Of a stretch of DNA of 64,000 nt, positions 41,025 through 53,254 are shown piece by piece (position 1 is the stretch's first letter; every line of letters starts with the position of its first letter). Both the position numbers and the translations under genes were made by a program. The stretch comes from Takakia lepidozioides (taxonomy: Eukaryota; Plantae; Bryophyta), in the NCBI GenBank assembly GCA_030704615.1, contig CM060734.1, positions 59,954,001-60,018,000 of the forward strand, written 5' to 3'. A model generated the notes under the pieces. The model was not told the origin of the DNA and ran no database searches. It saw nothing but the letters and a program-made list of their open reading frames with translations.

Positions 41025-41240
41025 CATTCCTGCCAGAAGAATGCTTGGTAAATCCATCGCATTGAAGTCCACGTGATCAAAGATCGTTCAGGCATTCTTC
41101 TGGTGAGCATCCATGATGCTCCCGCACATACCATACATGTTCGCAAGGGTGGTGAGTAAGAAAATATTTCGCAGGGATCCGCTTTGGATGATGTGAGTGT
41201 GCACCTGCTCACGACGTAGGCACATTCCAATGCAAGGGCT
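41025..41240 (-). pseudogene. PLS-type PPR gene fragment at the retrotransposon insertion site
   Basis: VHTHIIQSGSLRNIFLLTTLANMYGMCGSIMDAH...RMPER is a degenerate PPR motif. The other flank (28800-28844, minus) reads NGLETNI..NAL, also PPR-like. Confidence 0.6.
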
Positions 41241-41336
41241 TGGTATGTTAATAACGTCTACATGGATGCAATGGATAGAAAGGATGGATACAATGGATGT
41301 AACACATCCAGTCTGCATTCCCTAGAAAGGGCTGAT

Positions 41337-41880
41337 CGACCCGCGGTAATAGGTGACACCCGCGGAAATAGGCCTTGTATGCATGCTAACGTGGCGTGAG
41401 CCTGTGCTGGGCTCACGGGCTCCTGGGCTCACAGGCTCACGCCTCCGGGCTCACGGAATAGCACCCCCCGCGCCAGAGGGGAGCGGGAGCACCTCGCGGG
41501 GGAGTGGGGAGGGGCGCCGGACGGGAGTGGGCAACCCTCGCGTGGGGAGCAGGCAGCCCGCGCGAGTGCGAGCGGGGAACAGCGGCGGAGGAGAGCAGGA
41601 GCGCTACGCGAGGGAATGGAAGAATCGCACAGCGCGCGGGATCGAACCAGGATCCGGTGCGTGGCGGATGCGAGGTATGACCACGGAGGTACCCCTCTCG
41701 AATGTGTATCCGGGGCTCTCGCGGCGGTTATAATCGGGACGGGCCAGGCGGGCGCGGGGGCGTTGGGGAGCGGCGCGGCGGGGGCGGGGATTTGACGCGG
41801 CCCCCGCGGGCGGGGTGCCGGGGAGCGCACGGACGTCCGTGCTGTCACTCTCGCTCGTGCGGAATAAACTCGTCGGCGTC
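41337..41880. promoter_or_regulatory. CpG/GC-rich island upstream of the Crinkler-like gene, containing a tRNA-like segment (about 41625-41695, minus)
   Basis: Abrupt GC/CpG enrichment relative to the flanks, followed by TATAAA near 41886. Minus strand has CCGTGGT...CCGCCAC...GGTTCGATCCC. Confidence 0.4.
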
Positions 41881-42352
41881 TCTTCTATAAATTCAATAAA
41901 ATGGATGGTTCCGATGGTAAGTCTATTGGTATGAGGCCGTGAGTGTTGGGGTGATAGGAGTATCCGGACATAGTCTGGATGGACAATGATAATGATATGG
42001 ACGAATGATTTTATTTTATTTTATTTTATTTTTGGTAACAGGGGGATGTAGCCGTGTAAATTTTTGGTTCTTGAAAGGAGGAAGGTCTCCTAGTGGAAGC
42101 TCTCCTAGTTGTTTTCGTTGAGTTTTTGGATCTTGATACTGCCTTCGTTCAGCTAGGGCTAGTACCAACTGTGCCTTGGGAGCTCATGGTCCCTCTGGCC
42201 CTGGGGTAGCTATGGTAGAGTATTTCTTGTGTGGTAGTTGACTTGGGGAAAAAGTTGTTAATATTGCTGGCTATCTATTCAGGTCTTCTCCCATCGTGTA
42301 TCTTAATAAAATACTATCAAGGGTGGTCAGCCTGCAAGATACAGCTCCAAAT

Positions 42353-44700
42353 ATGGCGCATACACCTTATGGTAGTATTGAGGCGTTGCTTCAGAATTTT
42401 TTGAAAGAAGAGACTGTTGGAGCTTTTGGTACAAAACTTGCCTCCAGCATGTATACTGTAGCTACATTGCTAGAGATGTCAGAGCAGGAGCTCAATGAGA
42501 TTATGGATGAAGAGTTTGCAGAGGCTGCCAGGGGGGACAGAAGAGGATTCAAGAAAGCAATTTTGTCCAAAAAGCGAAAGCGAACCCAAGGTATTTCAAG
42601 CTGAATTTAGTATCTAATTATGTGGGCTGAAAATTTACCTTAATGATGTCCATTGTTGCTGGGATAGTTATTCAATTGGTTTCCTTTTGTTGTGTATGAT
42701 GCTTTGGTTTGCCCCATGTGTGGAATACGAGCTAATACTTCACTAATTAGAAGTTATGAGAGAGTCTGGTGAACGTTGATGGGTTGCCTAGGGTAGTATA
42801 AGCCCGTCTGTTTTTATGTCTGCAAGTCTGATGATGGGGAGGCTCTTTTAGTGCAAGCAGTCAATGAAGAGAAGATCAAGTGCTTAGGGTTTTGCAGTTT
42901 ATCTGTTTCGTCATTGAGCTGGACTCGTTTTTGTTAGCTCTGAGTTTGTGAATCAACGATCTTTCAGAATATTGTGTCAAACCATTCCTAAGTCCCGAGG
43001 GTTTGCAGATTAGTTTTTTTCTCAGCTATGGCTACTGTAAGGGTTGAGCACCTCAGCACACCTCGAGTGCTAGGACAACAACAATCACTTACTCTCTCCA
43101 TGGTGTCATGGTTGTTGTGTTGTTTAGCACATAAACATGTGCAGTGTGAGATCGCGTTGCCTTGGGCAGTCTGAGCTTGTCTTTTTTTATGTCATAAAGT
43201 TTGATGATGAGGAGGCTTCTTTGGTTGTTGTTTCATAAGAACCATCACGAATCTTAAGTGTCTTATATGTTAATTAATTACTTCATTAATATGATAATTA
43301 CCACCATTGTGCATTTTCTTGCTTCTTGTTGCTCTGTTCTGGTCTGCCTTGCTATGCTTCACTGAATTGTTATTTGTGTCCACCAGAATTGATTGAAAAT
43401 TCTGGAGTATGGATCAGTTCTATGCTGCGGCCTCAGCCTATCAAGCTCCCACAAAACTCTTGTGAGCTAACAGCAGCATTGTTTCCTAATGATCACGGAA
43501 AGCTTCCTGTGTCCAAAATTATCTACTTGAGACTCCGACAGGAGTTGCCCCCTGAGGCATGGGACTTCATCGTGGAGGCCAATGATTCAGAGCTCCCTCT
43601 GAGGCTATCAGGATTGTTGATTGCCAATGTTGTCCCTCCAGTATCAAAGCAGGAAGTATCCTATTTGTGGGAAATTGTTTTAAGACGGTATTCTCTTTGT
43701 ATGACCGGTTCTGCCTGCCTGCTTTGAATATCAAGCTTTCGTTCAGTACTTGTGAAAGGAAGACAGGTACTTCTAGCACCAAAACTATTGGAAAACAGCC
43801 GAGGCCTGACATGCTTGGAATTGCCAGTGGATGCACTTTTCTGGTTGGTGAGGACAAGCTGGCCAGCTTAGCTGCTGCTGAAGACGATATTTTGAGAAAG
43901 ATGAGGCCACTTTGTCCGACGTTTTATGAGGAGGTTCAATTCATTCTCGGCTATATCGCAGCAGGCACAGACTTCCAATGGGTTTATATCAACAAGGATG
44001 GAAAGACGGCAGTTCGAATCAAGCCACATCTTAATGTCACGAGCCTTTATGACCGCCTCCGGTTGTTACTCACCCTTGGCAATGCCTATGAGATCATGAA
44101 GCAGATGGTGGACTCAATCCCGAAAGTGCCAGGCCGGCGGGCAATGTTTTCTGAAGAAGAATGTGGGGATAGGACGATATACTTTCAGCCGAGCAGTGTT
44201 CGGAAGGCAATAAGGAACTTCCCAAGTTATTGTATTGAGAGAAGGACCACTTTTGAACTGATTTGCCAGGCCTACAAAGTTGCACGAGGGGTCCCTTCTC
44301 TTCCGGAGTTAATTTCAGAGCCTGAAATGGATCGTAGACGTACTTATAATATTGAGATCGGTCCACTGGGCTACTCCCCGACGGTGAGGTCGGAGCACGA
44401 TATGAAGCTGTTGGCCCGGGACGTGTTAAAGGCTTTGTCTGTCCTGCATGCGGAAAACCTTGTTCACAGGGATAGCTGAATCTCCATTCAAATTGCCAGA
44501 AGGATTTCAGCCTTTTGCTGATTGGAGCAAGGCCATGTTGGAGGACGGCCACTACACTCCCCAGTCAGATTTGTATCAGCTGGGAGTACTTCTGGAATCC
44601 CTAGATGGCGGTACTGCTCAGAGGTTTATTAGCAGTCTTAAGGGACTGCAGAGGAGGCATTGAAAGATGCTTGGTTACCTCCTGTACAAATTATATGAAA
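42353..44700 (+). pseudogene. Crinkler (CRN)-like SAM-like header + PD-(D/E)xK-like nuclease + kinase-like gene, frameshifted and truncated
   Basis: Exon 1 (42353-42590) is a small helical SAM-like domain (LLEMSEQELNEI...GDRRGFKKAI). Exon 2 from 43387 has RPD...VGEDK, LGYIAAGTDFQW and kinase-like LARDVLKALSVLHAENLVHRD...YTPQSDLYQLGVLL. Frameshift near 43700 and a stop right after HRD. Confidence 0.6.
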
Positions 44701-46151
44701 CTGTAGAGGCTGACTCTATTGGCTACACCTGAAGTTATTTGGTAAAATGCGGGAGGCTAAAAGAAAGCCTTTCTGGTACAGGGAGAAACACCCTTCATTG
44801 TTCATGTGTTTTCTATGAAGTTCTGAAGAAACCTCAAAATAATGACATGAGGTACAAATATATCTCATCCACGAACTATAAGAGAACAGGGTAAACACAG
44901 TGCACGTTAACCCCTAAAGGACTAACCCCAATTTTTGGGTCCACCCCCAAAAAATTGACCTTTCCCATCTAAATAATTTATATCTTGAGATTTCCTCAGG
45001 CCTCGTAAAACTGACCGTTGTAATATGTTCCTATCTACCCCAGCGATGACCACAAAAAACCCGCGCCCGCAGACAGAAAACGAATCGCGGCAAACTCCTC
45101 TAACCTCGTGCTGATGACCACGATATCACCTCAGTAGAACCTACATAAATAGATAATTATTATTATTTAAGAAATTATAAACAGGGGACAGAGGCCCTGG
45201 ATGAGAACTTTATTGAGGATGGGAAAAAAAATTAAAACCCTTGAGTGCCATTGGCTGCCATAAGGCTGTTCGCGCGGTAGCCGTGCTGGATAATTGAGAA
45301 CCCATACTGGAAGCTATATTGTGACTTCCATCATGCTGTAAATGGGGTGAAAATGATACCCCCTAGGAAGAGAACTGGTGAGCGAGAGATAGAGGATGGA
45401 GCACGGCACCTATCTATGAAATTGAAAACGCATTGCTGATGAGGATTGGACATGCTTCCAGTTAATTTCGGTTCTTTCAAACTCCGGGGATGCCGAAGAG
45501 GTAGCCTCTGTGCCCATTCCAAAAGGGGGGGGGGGGGGGGGGATTGATTCTGCCCAATCGCAGGTGAGTCCATTAACACTGCAAATAATCCCATGCTTGC
45601 CCTAGGATGCTCCGAAGGCATTTGAGGAATTTTTTGATAATCTCACATAAGATTCTTTAGTAGGCTTGGTACACCCATTACCATCTTTAGTCTAAGATGC
45701 AGTACTGTTTTATATTGATGATATGGTTTTATGCACATTTGATATTTTTACCAAGTATTTTTGTGGATATTGTATCACACGAGTACCACCAAAATCTTCA
45801 TTCTTGGTAAAAGTATTGATACTAATAACCATGAGTAAATAATTAGTTTATCTCAGACTAAAGATAAATAATGGGTGTAGGCACTATGGAATAAGGCCCA
45901 ATATTCATAACTTATTCATACATCAAGTAGGAAGCTTACTTTGCTAAATAATGCTATAACAGTACCTAATTCACAGAATTGCAACTAAAAGGAAAGTGAT
46001 TCATCGAATGCCATGTTAGCTCATATCTTGCAGCTCTACCATGCTTGATTGTGTGACGATCAATGACGGACATGACTCTGACTGAAGGTTTTGGTAATTT
46101 TGAGCACAACAATCATGGGCATATGTTGTGAAAATCAGGTTCTGCTTTCTG

Positions 46152-46683
46152 ACCTTCGTGATCTCCATCTCCTTCCTCTTCTGAAGAATTCTCATGTCAA
46201 ACAAGTTGTGTTTCCCATAAGCTGGAGGCAGAAAACATTTAGCACAAAGTGCTACATATAAGGTGGAGGTTTTTGGATAACAGTGCTGATTCTTACCCCC
46301 GATGAACTTCGCGCCTCAGCGCGAGGTGGTGTTGCCAAAAATGCTCGTCTGCCTGGAAACACCACCTTTTCCAAATGTATTCTTCCTCCAACCCGTTGAG
46401 GCCTAAACCCTACAAAAGCTTGCCATGGACCGATATTGCTGCCAGCCAGACACCTTGCAACAGAGGCCAGCGAAGGCTTCTCACCTCTACCGGCGTCACA
46501 AAACGCCCTCCTTACGGTTGTGAAACCAGAAAGAGCTGCAAGAGACTTCAACGGCTTATGTCTGATTGTAGCAGGAACCAGAGCTGCAGATTTATTTGCG
46601 GCTACGGACGAATAATGACCGGTAAGCGTTCCAATTGCCATTGTGCTGGGATTTGAAAGACTCGTCCGTGTTGCCATGGCCAA
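46152..46683 (-). CDS. Probable first exons of an unidentified gene with an organellar transit-peptide-like N-terminus
   Basis: Ser/Ala/Arg-rich, acid-poor ORF ending at a GTAAG donor near 46295, then a short exon (YGKHNLFDMRILQKRKEMEITK) with AG/GT borders. No domain recognised. Confidence 0.35.
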
Positions 46684-48159
46684 AACCTGAGGCGGGGTAG
46701 GTGACAGATATTTGACTGCTGAGACAATCTTTGAATACTAAACTTTGAAATAGCCAGGTTCAATCACCAGCGGAAATTCGGGAACGAGAGCAGGGGAAGG
46801 GACGCACTGGGAGATTCTGTGAGCAGCCCAAGTTAGTGTATTGCTTTGCAGTGATGCAACTCCGATCTCCATCTCCATTCTTCACAGTTCCAGCGTCCCG
46901 CGCAGCAGCAAGGAGAAGCCGGTCGATTGTTCCAGAACATACGCCAAGAGCGCAGAGACAGCGAGTGAACGAGTGGGGGATGGATGAAGTTCGTCGACCG
47001 ATCCGATGCTCGACCTTCTCCTCACATGCCCGGAAGCAAGCGAGACTGCTGCGTAGGGACAATCAAAGGCAGCCATGGAGGAGTTGGGAAGCTTGAAAGG
47101 AAGCTTCACAGCAAGTTAGGGAAGCAATTGGTGGAGGCGGTCAAGTCCGTTGCTGCAAAACGATTGTGTTGGGTGAGAACTGCTGCTATCAAAACGGGTA
47201 TACAAATTGTGGCCTTCGTAGTTTCTTCATGGTACTCGCTGCATTCTGAAAACCAGAAAGGAAACTGAGACTTGGGATTACCGTGAATCAAGTGGACATT
47301 TATTGAGTTGTCTGATGATGAGTTGCGTGAGCTTTGGTGCGGAGGCAGGGATGGAATGTGGGTGGATGCGCTAATCTCAGAAGAGCACAGCTTAAGCACG
47401 AAACCGTTGGTGGATTGCTGCCACAAGGAACATGTGTGGGTAGATGGGCAGTGGGAGGAGCTGGAAGAAGGTCAGCAGAAGTCTGTGGCAATCCCTGGGT
47501 TAGCGGCTTCGCGAAACCGCTTTCAGTACGAGAGTCTCTCCTTTTCTGCTGTTGTATATCTCCCGACCACATGAGGGATCGTAGCACTCCCTGATCGCGT
47601 CATAATATTTTGGTGTTCAACAAAGTGTTTGGAGGTGCATGGGGTGTTCTGCGTCGAACTCCAATAAATTCTTACGGCTTAGCCCAAGTAGGGTGAGGGG
47701 ATATTGGTTGCCTTCAAACAGAAGTGGAGCCTGAACTCTATGTGTTGGGGGCCCCAACAGGGAGTTGACAAATGTTTTCCGTTGTATCCTTTTTTCATGA
47801 TGAAAGTAATCGTATGTTTAACTTGCACGATGAAGGTGTCACAGCTGGTGTCTCACAGTTGGTTGGCCCGTTTCAAACGTTTACCTCCATGCTCTGGTTT
47901 CGAATGGCTAAAACCCTTTGTTAAGCCCTGTCAATCTGTGGCAAGGAGCCTGTCCTCATGAAGTGATATTCCACTGAATATGTCGGAGCATCCAGATTCA
48001 CTACACGAATTTTGAGATGAAATATTTATAACAACGAATCTCAATTGTGCAGGATGGCTGCATTGAATCAGGCACATTTATTTGTATCAGGCAGCTCCAC
48101 CGTAATCGCTTTTTTTGAAAGTGGACTAAGAGAGGGAGTCAATAAGGTCTCATGTGGTA

Positions 48160-49445
48160 CTTGTGGAGATGTGAGGACATTATTGAAGGCAGGACATCTG
48201 AAAAAGGTGCTGCACATTTTGAACCAACAAGACACTTCTGCAGACTCCATTACTTATGGCAGAGTGCATCAAGAGGAAAGGCCTAGCAGAGGGGAAGCAT
48301 GTGCATGCCCACATGATCCAAAGTGGACTCAAGCCAAACATCTTTGTACTCAATACCCTTGTCAACATGTATGCCAAGTGTGGGAGCTTGGAGGATGCAC
48401 GCCAAGTGTTTGACAAAATGCCTGAACGAGATGTGTCTACTTACATGGAATATAATGATGGCAGGGAATGCCACGCATGGATTTGGTTAGGAGACTTTGA
48501 AGATCTATGAACAAATGATATAGGAGGGGTTGAAACCCAATAAGGTCTCGTTCATTTGTGTTCTAAATGCGTGTGCCAGCCTTCCAGCCCTGGAAAAGGG
48601 CAAAGATATCCATGCTGACACTGTCAGAGCGCAGATTACGCCAGATGTCATTCTGGACACTGCCCTTCTTGCTATGTATGCCAAAGGTGGGAGCATAAGG
48701 AATGACCGTCAAGTGTTCGACACCATGGCTCGCCGGAATTTGGTCTCATGGAATGCCATGATCACAGGATATGCGCAGCATGGCTATGCTAAGGAGGCTT
48801 TCGACAGCTACGAGCAGATGATACGGGAAGGGGTGACACCTGATAAGATCACCTTCACGTGCATGCTCAATGTGTGTGCGAGCCTAGCAGACCTGGTAAA
48901 AGGCAAAGAGGTCCATGCTGACATCGTGAAAGCTGGAATTACGTCAGATGTAATTCTGGACACTGCCTTCCTTACCATGTATGCAAATGTGGGAGCATAA
49001 GAGATGCACGGCAAGTGTTTGACAGTATGCCTCAACGAAATGTCGTCTCATGGAACGCCATGATTGCAGGACATGTCATGAATGGGTTTGGTAAAGAGGC
49101 TGTAGACATCTACGAACAAATGATACGGAAAGGAGTGATGCTTGACAAAGTCGCTTTTACTGGCATTCTCAATGCATGTGCCAGCATGGGAGCCCTGGAG
49201 AAGGCAAAGTGGTCCATGCCAACATCATGAAAGCTGAAATTCTTCCAGATGTCATCCTGAATAATGCCCTTGTTGATATGTATGCGAATTGTGAGAGCAT
49301 GTGAGAACAAATCCAACAAGAAGGCTTGAAGCCCAATGGCATCACATTTACATGTCTTCTCTATGCATGTAGCAGTGGATGAAGGCCATTACTTCTTTGA
49401 TTCCATGAGTGGAGATCATGGCCTCACCCCCACTGTGGAGCATTT
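48160..49445 (+). pseudogene. PLS-class PPR pseudogene
   Basis: Repeated motifs LVNMYAKCGSLEDARQVFDKMPERDV, VSWNAMITGYAQHG, PDKITFTCMLNVCAS, interrupted by frameshifts and stops; ends at ...HGLTPTVEHF. Confidence 0.88.
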
Positions 49446-51424
49446 TAGGGTTCAGGGTTCAGGGTGGTCAACAAAGGCTTGCAAAAGTAACAAAAAGTAA
49501 AAAAAATATTGAACAAAGACAGTAAATTTTAAAGGGGGGCGGTTCGGACCCAAATACAAATGCAATGGAAACCAAGACAAATGCATACAAAGTGCACCTA
49601 TCGTGCCTGAAGGGATGCTATAAAACTATTATGTCTTATGCAAGGCCTCCCGCCCTCGGGAGATAAGGTTTTCTAATTGAAGAATAAGGCACTTTCGTTC
49701 CAACGGTAAGCTTTTTTTTATGTTTGCTTCTCCTTGTTTAGTGACAAAAATCTTGCTCACTATGGGCAAACATGCGCTCAAGGCACTCACAAACATAGGG
49801 TCAAGTCTCAACCCCTAGTTGGAAAACTTTTATGCCCCACCTTCAAAAAGAGGTTCGTACCTCTAAGGAAAAATGGGAGGGATTACCGCATAAGGTCATC
49901 GACGAGAAGGTTAGGTCGGCAGAGGCTTGCACATGCCCACAGTCCTCTGATCGCTCGAGATGAACTCGAGGGAGGATCAACCAAGTCCCTTCTCTCTGAC
50001 CATCGGGCGTATGACAGGGGAACCGTGTAGTTGGGGCTAAATTAGCTTATCCAACATGATTACCATATACCCCCAGCCGCCTTCCCCATTGTAAGCGGTG
50101 GCTAAGATGGCGTCAAACGGAAGGCTCTATACGCCCGTGCTTCGGAAAGAAAAAAAAGCCTCGAAAGTATCCAAGGGTTGGGATTCCCCTTGGAGCCGAG
50201 CACCCCTATCCAAGTTGCCCGGGTTTTGGGTTTCGGGTTTATAAAAGAGTGGAGACAAATGTTACATGCAACAAGATGCGGACCGCGAATGCACCGGGTG
50301 CAATAAGAACACAATCCGAACCAAAAAGTTTTTAAGGGGGGCCGGGTATGGGCGCCTTGAAAAAACTTGTAGATATCTAGATCCTGGGAATCAAAACTAA
50401 GAGCGTTGATCTAGAGAGACAGCAAGCTAGAAAAGAAGTGATGTTGAGACGTTCTAAGATGCGACTGCAAAGATATGCAAAGAGACAAATATATGTGATT
50501 GAAACTATTTCACTGAGATGACAGGAGAATAGTACCCTATCTCTTTTGCTAAAGAATAGACACATTAGAGAACAACTTAGATGCTCATCTAACACGCAAC
50601 ATTCGAAAAGGAGTTTAAAGCATGCAATAGATGATAGCAAACCTAAGGCTCAACAACATAGAAGAAACATTGAGACAAGAAACCTTAGATGCAGATTAGT
50701 AGCCAATTTCTATAAAGTCCCAGACTAGTTTCGCTCAACAAGTGAGCTCATCAGTGGGAGAGAAACGGAATAGGTTTAGGGTTTAGGGTTTACAAAAGAT
50801 TGGAACTATAAATGTAGCAGTATAACAAATTTGAACCGCGAATGCACCGGGTGCAATAGTAGCACAACGTAGACTAAAAAGTTTTGTAGGGAGGCAGTCT
50901 ATGTATCCCGGGTCTGTTGTGCACGCGTATCTCAATATGAACGCCATTCGTCTGAAATATGCGAAGGTCAGAATTAATTCTACACCTATGTAATTGCAAG
51001 AAGAAAAACATAGTAGATGTGCCATTTTTGAAAACTTCCCAAATCCACTTTTATATGGACTAATTCCATTGGGAATTGAGAGCTATGGATTAATTTATAC
51101 CTAAAAAACAGGTAGATTTGCTCTAGTTCATAGCATCTTTTTTTTTTGAGTTTTGGGATGTCATCTTTTACTAAAAAGATATGCAAACCTATTATCTAGG
51201 ATGGCCAGGTGGTAGATGGACAAACGGTTGTAAATTTAAAGTTTTGATGTCTAAGATCTTTTTCATTTAAATTTTATAATAAATAATATCTTCAATGGAG
51301 TGGGACTCTTTACTAAAAATGTTAATGTTATTATTTTTATGAAAAAAAAGAAAAAAAACTCAAATTGTTTTTTTTCCATGGACTCAACATCTTCCGCTTG
51401 TGGTCCACCCAACCTTGCATAATC

Positions 51425-51900
51425 CCTTGGTGTGGAATGGAGGCTTTGGGGATGTATGAGCAAATGAGACCGGAAGGAGTGAAGCCAGACAAGGTCACCT
51501 TCATTTGCGTTTGCAATGCATGTGCAAGGTTGGCAACCCTGGAAAGGAGCAAAGAGGTCCATAGTGACATCATCAAAGCGGGAATAGTACCAAACATCAT
51601 TCTGAACAATAAAATGGTGGACATGTATGTGAAATGCGGCAGCATTGAGGATGCAAAGGGAGTGTTCTACTCTATGGCAGAAAGAAACGTGGTGTCTGGG
51701 AGTGCCATGATTACAGGATATGCCCAGCATGGGTGTGGAATGGAGGCTCTGGGGATATATGAGCAAATGAGGCTGGAAGGGTGAAGCCCAACAAGGTCAC
51801 CTTTGTTTATGTAATATGTTTGCAATGCATATGCAAGCCTGGTAGCCCTGGAAAGGGACCAAAGAGGTCCATGGTGACATCATCAAAGCAGGAATCGTAC
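51425..51900 (+). pseudogene. PLS-class PPR gene fragment
   Basis: EALGMYEQMRPEGVKPDKVTFICVCNAC...DMYVKCGSIEDAKGVF...AMITGYAQHG; frameshifted, with no start. Confidence 0.85.
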
Positions 51901-53254
51901 CAGGCGTACCTGAGGATGCAAGGATGGAGTGTGGGTGGACAGAATCATCCGAGAGGACCAAATTTCAAGCATAAGATTGCCCATGAATCCCTGTGGATTA
52001 ATAGCCACAAGAAACCTGCATGGGTGGATGGTCAACTGGAAGTAGGAGCAGCAGCAGCGGCACACTTGATAAAATCAGGAACATGCACAACTTCCAATAG
52101 AGGACCTCAAGAGGGAATCCATATTTCCTCCTTTTGTGGCTCTTCTGGGCATGTGAGGATGCTATGTGAGGCAGGGCACCTGAAAGAGGCTCTAAGCATG
52201 GAGCAGTATGTTCTGTAGTGTGATATACCGACCAAACTTTTGTGGTTTTGTAAATACACAGAGTTTTGACCAGAACTAGGACTTCCGTGTCATGCTCCAC
52301 TTCACCTGCCTCGGGAGAAGTAATGTTTTGCTTGGGGAAAGTATGCTTGCTCAAGCAGTAAGTATATTGGGGAGAACGAATCTAATGTAGTGGAAAACAG
52401 CATCACCATCAAGTAACAGGGAGTGACTGTTATTGTAAAATATAAAGGGACCAAAACACAGCTGAGTGGGCCCAGATAACTCAGTAGAGAGTTTGCTCGG
52501 AACACAGTAGAAAGTTGTCGAAAGGAACCATAGCAAAGCTGATACAACAGCTGAGATCGCAGGGAATCCAGTGGCTATGGTCAAGTAGCAACAGATGAGG
52601 CAAGAAAGAAGTTTAGGGATGTTTTTCTTTGTGTAAAGCAACATTGATAGTAACATCACCATAAAAAATGGTGTGGATATTGCATTAAAATTGGCTGTTG
52701 CCGCTTCTCACTCGAACCAAAGCTGAAACCCTTTCCGTACCAAAACCAGAATTGAAAGAGAAATACTAAACCATCTACCCAAAGAAGGAAATGAAGGAAA
52801 GCTTCTAAGAAGAGGGAGCTTGCGAGATAGAAGAGAGCCTTGCAGTTGTGACTCCTCCACTCCTGTTTCAGCCAGTGTTAGAGTCTCAGCCCTCTATGTA
52901 TTCTCGCTCCTTCATCACGCCCATGCTTGTAATTCCCCTGTTCCACAACTCACCTTTGCTTCATCTTCACTGGACGTGTGATTTCACCTCTCCCACAACT
53001 CCGGATGTTCATCTTCTCCTCCCCTTCACTTCCCCTTCACTAGACGCTTCGTGGTCACAAGGTCCTAAAATTAGCTAAAAACATAATATAGTCTAAACAT
53101 TGGCGTGTATCTGTCTACACGGTCTTTAGAGTATGAAAAAGAAAGGTACACCGCTCTGACTGTTGGGTACCCAAATCACAGTTTGGGTTCTGGGGTCGGT
53201 TGTAGTTTAAAGAGGCCCTCAGACTCATGTAACGGTGATGTGAGAGGTTGCGAA

